A stretch of DNA of 64,000 nucleotides from Mantamonas sphyraenae STR306 (Eukaryota; Protista; CRuMs): NCBI GenBank assembly GCA_026936335.1, contig JAPMXV010000037.1, positions 62,001-126,000 on the forward strand, read 5' to 3'. The notes below the pieces were generated by a model. That model was given only the letters and a program-made list of their open reading frames with translations, had not been told where the DNA came from and did not search any database. Each line of letters opens with the position of its first letter. Position 1 is the stretch's first letter. Made by a program: the position numbers and the translations under genes. This document shows positions 60,756-64,000 of this stretch, piece by piece.

Positions 60756-61944
60756 CCTTGCTGTTGGCCCACGCCCAATGGCTGCGCAGACCGTTCAGTA
60801 CGAGCTTGCTCAGGTCCAAATGCGTCCACCTGGCAACCTGCTGGCTCAGAGCCGCCATGACCTCCGCGGCTATCTCCTCCTCGCTCCATCGCTCCTCGCC
60901 CATCGCAACCAGCACGCGTGCGTGCAACCTTTTGACATTGCTCACAGGCACGCGAATGGTCACACTGTCGATGTGTTTCACAGATTCCGGAGGCGCAAAG
61001 TGCAGTTCCAGCGCGTCGGCGTCCCCAGCGCGAGCGGCCGCATCCAGAGCCCAGGCGCAGCTCAGCGCAAACAGTTTCCACGAGGGCACCCTCAGCCTGT
61101 TGATCATTACGTCAAAGCTGCTGGCCAGCCACTTGGTCAGAATGGAGCCCATCCATGCCGCACCGTGCACAAGTAGCACCGGCGATTCGCTGTCATGTGC
61201 TTCCAGCAGCACAGCATGCAGCGTCGAGTAGCTTGTGAACAGCTTCTCATCCTCACCCATCTCCTCTGCGTTCTCGTTTCCGTTTTCCTGTTCCTGCAAC
61301 GACGCTCGCGCCTTGACCTGTTGCGACGCCTTGGCAACTCGTGTGCACCTCACCACGAGGACAAACGACACGTTGGTCTCCACCTCGGTGTCCTCTATGC
61401 TAACCCCACGCCTGGCTGCCACCCTCTTCCTGCGCTTGCCCTCCTCCCTGCTCTCCATGGCCATTGTCTTGACTTCGCACCGGTGAAGCGTGCGCAACAT
61501 CGCCTTTGCCTCGCCCACCTTGGTTCGCGGCAGCTCCGCACGCACATACTCCTCCAACTGCCGTGTGTATGTCGCAATGCTCTCTGAGCTCTTGTCCAGC
61601 CCATGCACCGTGCCCATGCTGTAGCTCTTCCACACCTTGCCGCGCAGGTCTGTGTGCAAAAGCGAGTGAGCGCGTGTTGGCGCCAAAATCCCACACGTCA
61701 CCCGTTGTGACCAGCCATGCACCCTGCACACACCCATATGCACACACGTACCTTTTGTGTCACTCATCACCTTGACTGCACCTCCGTTGTGTCGTGTGTC
61801 CAACACCCGTTGACGCTTCAGCGCTTGCAGCGACTCGTGATCTTCCCCCTGCAGCTCCAGCTGCTCCTGCTCCTCGTCCTGCAGCTCCTGCAGCGTTTCC
61901 ATGTAATTTCGCTTTGACGAAGGAAAGTATGCGCCCGTTGTCAT
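60676..61944 (-). CDS. CENPL: Centromere protein L, 2 exons
   Basis: LRGKVWKSYS, PVLLVHG...TKWLASSFD, LELHF and THLDLSKLVL..LRS..AWANSKGELKF match the CENP-L layout. Intron about 61650-61751. Confidence 0.75.
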   Translation of the reverse strand: MTTGAYFPSSKRNYMETLQELQDEEQEQLELQGEDHESLQALKRQRVLDTRHNGGAVKVMSDTKGTCVHMGVCRVHGWSQRVTCGILAPTRAHSLLHTDLRGKVWKSYSMGTVHGLDKSSESIATYTRQLEEYVRAELPRTKVGEAKAMLRTLHRCEVKTMAMESREEGKRRKRVAARRGVSIEDTEVETNVSFVLVVRCTRVAKASQQVKARASLQEQENGNENAEEMGEDEKLFTSYSTLHAVLLEAHDSESPVLLVHGAAWMGSILTKWLASSFDVMINRLRVPSWKLFALSCAWALDAAARAGDADALELHFAPPESVKHIDSVTIRVPVSNVKRLHARVLVAMGEERWSEEEIAAEVMAALSQQVARWTHLDLSKLVLNGLRSHWAWANSKGELKFKEVDDLERVMGVVRTVGQSNQ

Positions 61945-62043
61945 TGGCCAGGGCTTCCTTCTTGTGTGTATGTGTGTGTGGGGGGGGACGAGGATGAGTT
62001 TGTGGGACGGACGCAGCGCGCCACCCTTCCCATTGAATCAAAC

Positions 62044-63999
62044 ATGTCCTCCAGCTCTCACTCGCAGCTGCAATCTCTGCTCAACGACGACGAGAGCCAG
62101 GCCGAGACGGTGGTGAACCAGCTCCTGGGTGACCAGGAGGCGCAGGCGTCTGCTGTGGACGACGAGAACGCCATCAGCAATTCCTCGCTCAGCACAAACA
62201 CACAGTCCACCGCCGAGGTGGGAATGTGCTGCGAGTGCGAAGACATGCCGTACGACGTGTACTGTGAACAGTGTGAGGACCACCTGTGCTCTGTCTGCTT
62301 TGCCTCTCTGCATAGGCGAGGCAAGCGTGCAGGACACACCCGCACGCAGCTCGACGTTTCTGCTCGCCAAAACGGCACAGGCGACGCTTCCTCGTCCTCG
62401 TCTTCCGCCAACGCATCCTCCAATGCCTCTTCTTCAGGCCATGCCATGGACGAAGAGCCTGTGTTTGCAGACGCCGAGGAGGAGGCCGAGTACAAACGGT
62501 TGCATTCTTCCACCGCTTCGCTCATCAAGAACCCGTCTCGGGGCACGTTTGACCTTGCGCTGAGCAGCGGCATGAAGTCGATCATCGAGGCAGGCACCAA
62601 CACCAACTTTGCGGAGCGTGTCAAGTACATTCCACTGCGCCTGACGATGCAGGAGCGCAAGGCGCTGAGGCTCCTGGAGGCGGCTGCCAATGTCTCGGAG
62701 TACACAGACAAGATCGACATCCAAGTGTACCGCAACAAGGGCAAGCGCATCCAGGCCCAGATCCTGGAGATGTGTGCCATCCTCAGTGGCCTCCTTGTGG
62801 CGGCCGACTACCGCCGCGGCCAGCGCCTGGTCAAGGACAAAGACTTTGCTGAGAACCAGGAGTTCTTCCAACAGATCTTTGAGGTGGGTCGTCGTCACAA
62901 GGTGATGAACCCGGAAAAGATGCGCACGGCGTATGGCAAGCTGATCTACCTCTTGATGGACTCACAAATTCCGGCCATCAGCGACGTGCTGGAGTTTTCG
63001 TTGGTCAAGCCACTGGTCACCGTGGGGGTGTTCTTCAAGGAGAATGGCCTGGAGGAGCTTTTGGAGGAGGAACAAATGCTGACGGTGGCGACGGCGGAAA
63101 TCAGTCCGCACGGCCGCTCTCGCAACGAGATCCGAGGGATGATCCGCAACAAGGAGGCTGCCATCGACGCCCTTGCGTACAAGTATGCGGGTGGTGACGT
63201 GGATGAGGAGCAGATCAAGCAGTGTCTGTACAGCATCAGCGACAACAACTCGTTCCTTGCTTTCAATCGCGATCCGCTGGAGCGCATGATTGCGCTGATG
63301 GAGAAATACTTTGATGCAAGCGACTACGAACAGGGCTACTCGTTGGCCATCAGTGCCGGGCGCGGTGGAGCTCGCCTGTCGCACTCGCACCAGCGACAGT
63401 ATGCGTACGTGTCGCAGTCGCTGCACCTTTGGCACGACATCCTGGATGACATGTTCAAGCTCTGGGTGCTGACTGAGGAGGACCTGTTGGACCCGGAGAA
63501 CAGGTACAGCCTGCGCAACACGGGCCAGGGCCTCAACCGAGTCCAGTATGCACCGCGCATCCACAACGCCATGCGCAAGATCCTGCACACGTGCCAGCAG
63601 CGCGTTGGCACGTGGGTGGGCAGCTCGGTCATCCATCTGGGCGATCACAACGTGCCCTCGGCCCTCATGTTCATCGACAAGTACACGCAGGTGTCGCGCA
63701 TTGTCAACCCGATTGTCAACGTCATCGAGGAGCTGGGCAAGATGTGCGACAAGGACGATCAGATCAACGAGTATGTGGAGAATGCGTTTGGAGGCGTCGA
63801 GGCTGCACGAAAGCTCATCCTGGCCGACTTTTTCCGCTACGGTTTCGACGGCAGTGGATCCGACAACTGGATGGACGCAGGCAGCTGCATCGATGGCCGC
63901 CTCACCTCGGCCTGGAACTGGTGTTCCAAGATCGACAAGAAGTCGTACTATCCGCTGTTCAAGCTGTGTGGTTTCCAAGGATTCGATGGCGATTGGTGA
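62044..63999 (+). CDS. B-box zinc finger + DUF2009 (UPF0652) protein
   Basis: C..CED...CEQCED.LC.VCF..LH; YIPLRLT, NPEKMR, GARLSHSH, HLGDHNVP and DAGSCIDGRLTSAWNWC. Confidence 0.9.
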   Translation: MSSSSHSQLQSLLNDDESQAETVVNQLLGDQEAQASAVDDENAISNSSLSTNTQSTAEVGMCCECEDMPYDVYCEQCEDHLCSVCFASLHRRGKRAGHTRTQLDVSARQNGTGDASSSSSSANASSNASSSGHAMDEEPVFADAEEEAEYKRLHSSTASLIKNPSRGTFDLALSSGMKSIIEAGTNTNFAERVKYIPLRLTMQERKALRLLEAAANVSEYTDKIDIQVYRNKGKRIQAQILEMCAILSGLLVAADYRRGQRLVKDKDFAENQEFFQQIFEVGRRHKVMNPEKMRTAYGKLIYLLMDSQIPAISDVLEFSLVKPLVTVGVFFKENGLEELLEEEQMLTVATAEISPHGRSRNEIRGMIRNKEAAIDALAYKYAGGDVDEEQIKQCLYSISDNNSFLAFNRDPLERMIALMEKYFDASDYEQGYSLAISAGRGGARLSHSHQRQYAYVSQSLHLWHDILDDMFKLWVLTEEDLLDPENRYSLRNTGQGLNRVQYAPRIHNAMRKILHTCQQRVGTWVGSSVIHLGDHNVPSALMFIDKYTQVSRIVNPIVNVIEELGKMCDKDDQINEYVENAFGGVEAARKLILADFFRYGFDGSGSDNWMDAGSCIDGRLTSAWNWCSKIDKKSYYPLFKLCGFQGFDGDW

Positions 64000-64000
64000 T

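Overview
Gene-dense, GC-rich nuclear DNA from a unicellular eukaryote, probably Amorphea (inferred from gene content). It is not prokaryotic. I can model about 33 protein-coding genes, many with short canonical GT-AG introns that I reconstructed by hand. Recognisable genes: GPR89, a GT4 glycosyltransferase, two EF-hand genes, CDO1, PLAT and ankyrin proteins, two tandem actins, a PH-LRR protein, cytosolic HSP70, a 3-repeat stathmin, CDC16, an F-box/WD40 protein, PRPS, RalGAP-alpha, NUBP2/Cfd1, a double-domain GT10 fucosyltransferase, two paralogous orphan membrane proteins, an NHE, WD40 and RCC1 proteins, HMG-CoA reductase, a KCMF1-like protein, a giant 101-aa-repeat protein, PAAT, a degenerate Roco, a gustatory-receptor-like (7TMIC) candidate, CENP-L and DUF2009. 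No tRNA, rRNA, CRISPR or transposase was seen. Four things stand out. (1) Operon-like packing: same-strand gaps of 35-80 nt, bacterial-style ATGA stop/start overlaps and divergent ATGs as close as 19 nt. (2) An insect-GR-like receptor gene lying between two copies of the CENP-L 3' end plus leader, next to a pseudo-GTPase Roco gene. (3) A possible cell-surface cassette: gene-converted glycoprotein paralogues, a (GAGT)25 tract and a two-domain fucosyltransferase. (4) An HMGR gene whose start codon is split by an intron and whose second intron is unusually long. All family calls rest on motif recognition from memory; no database searches were run.
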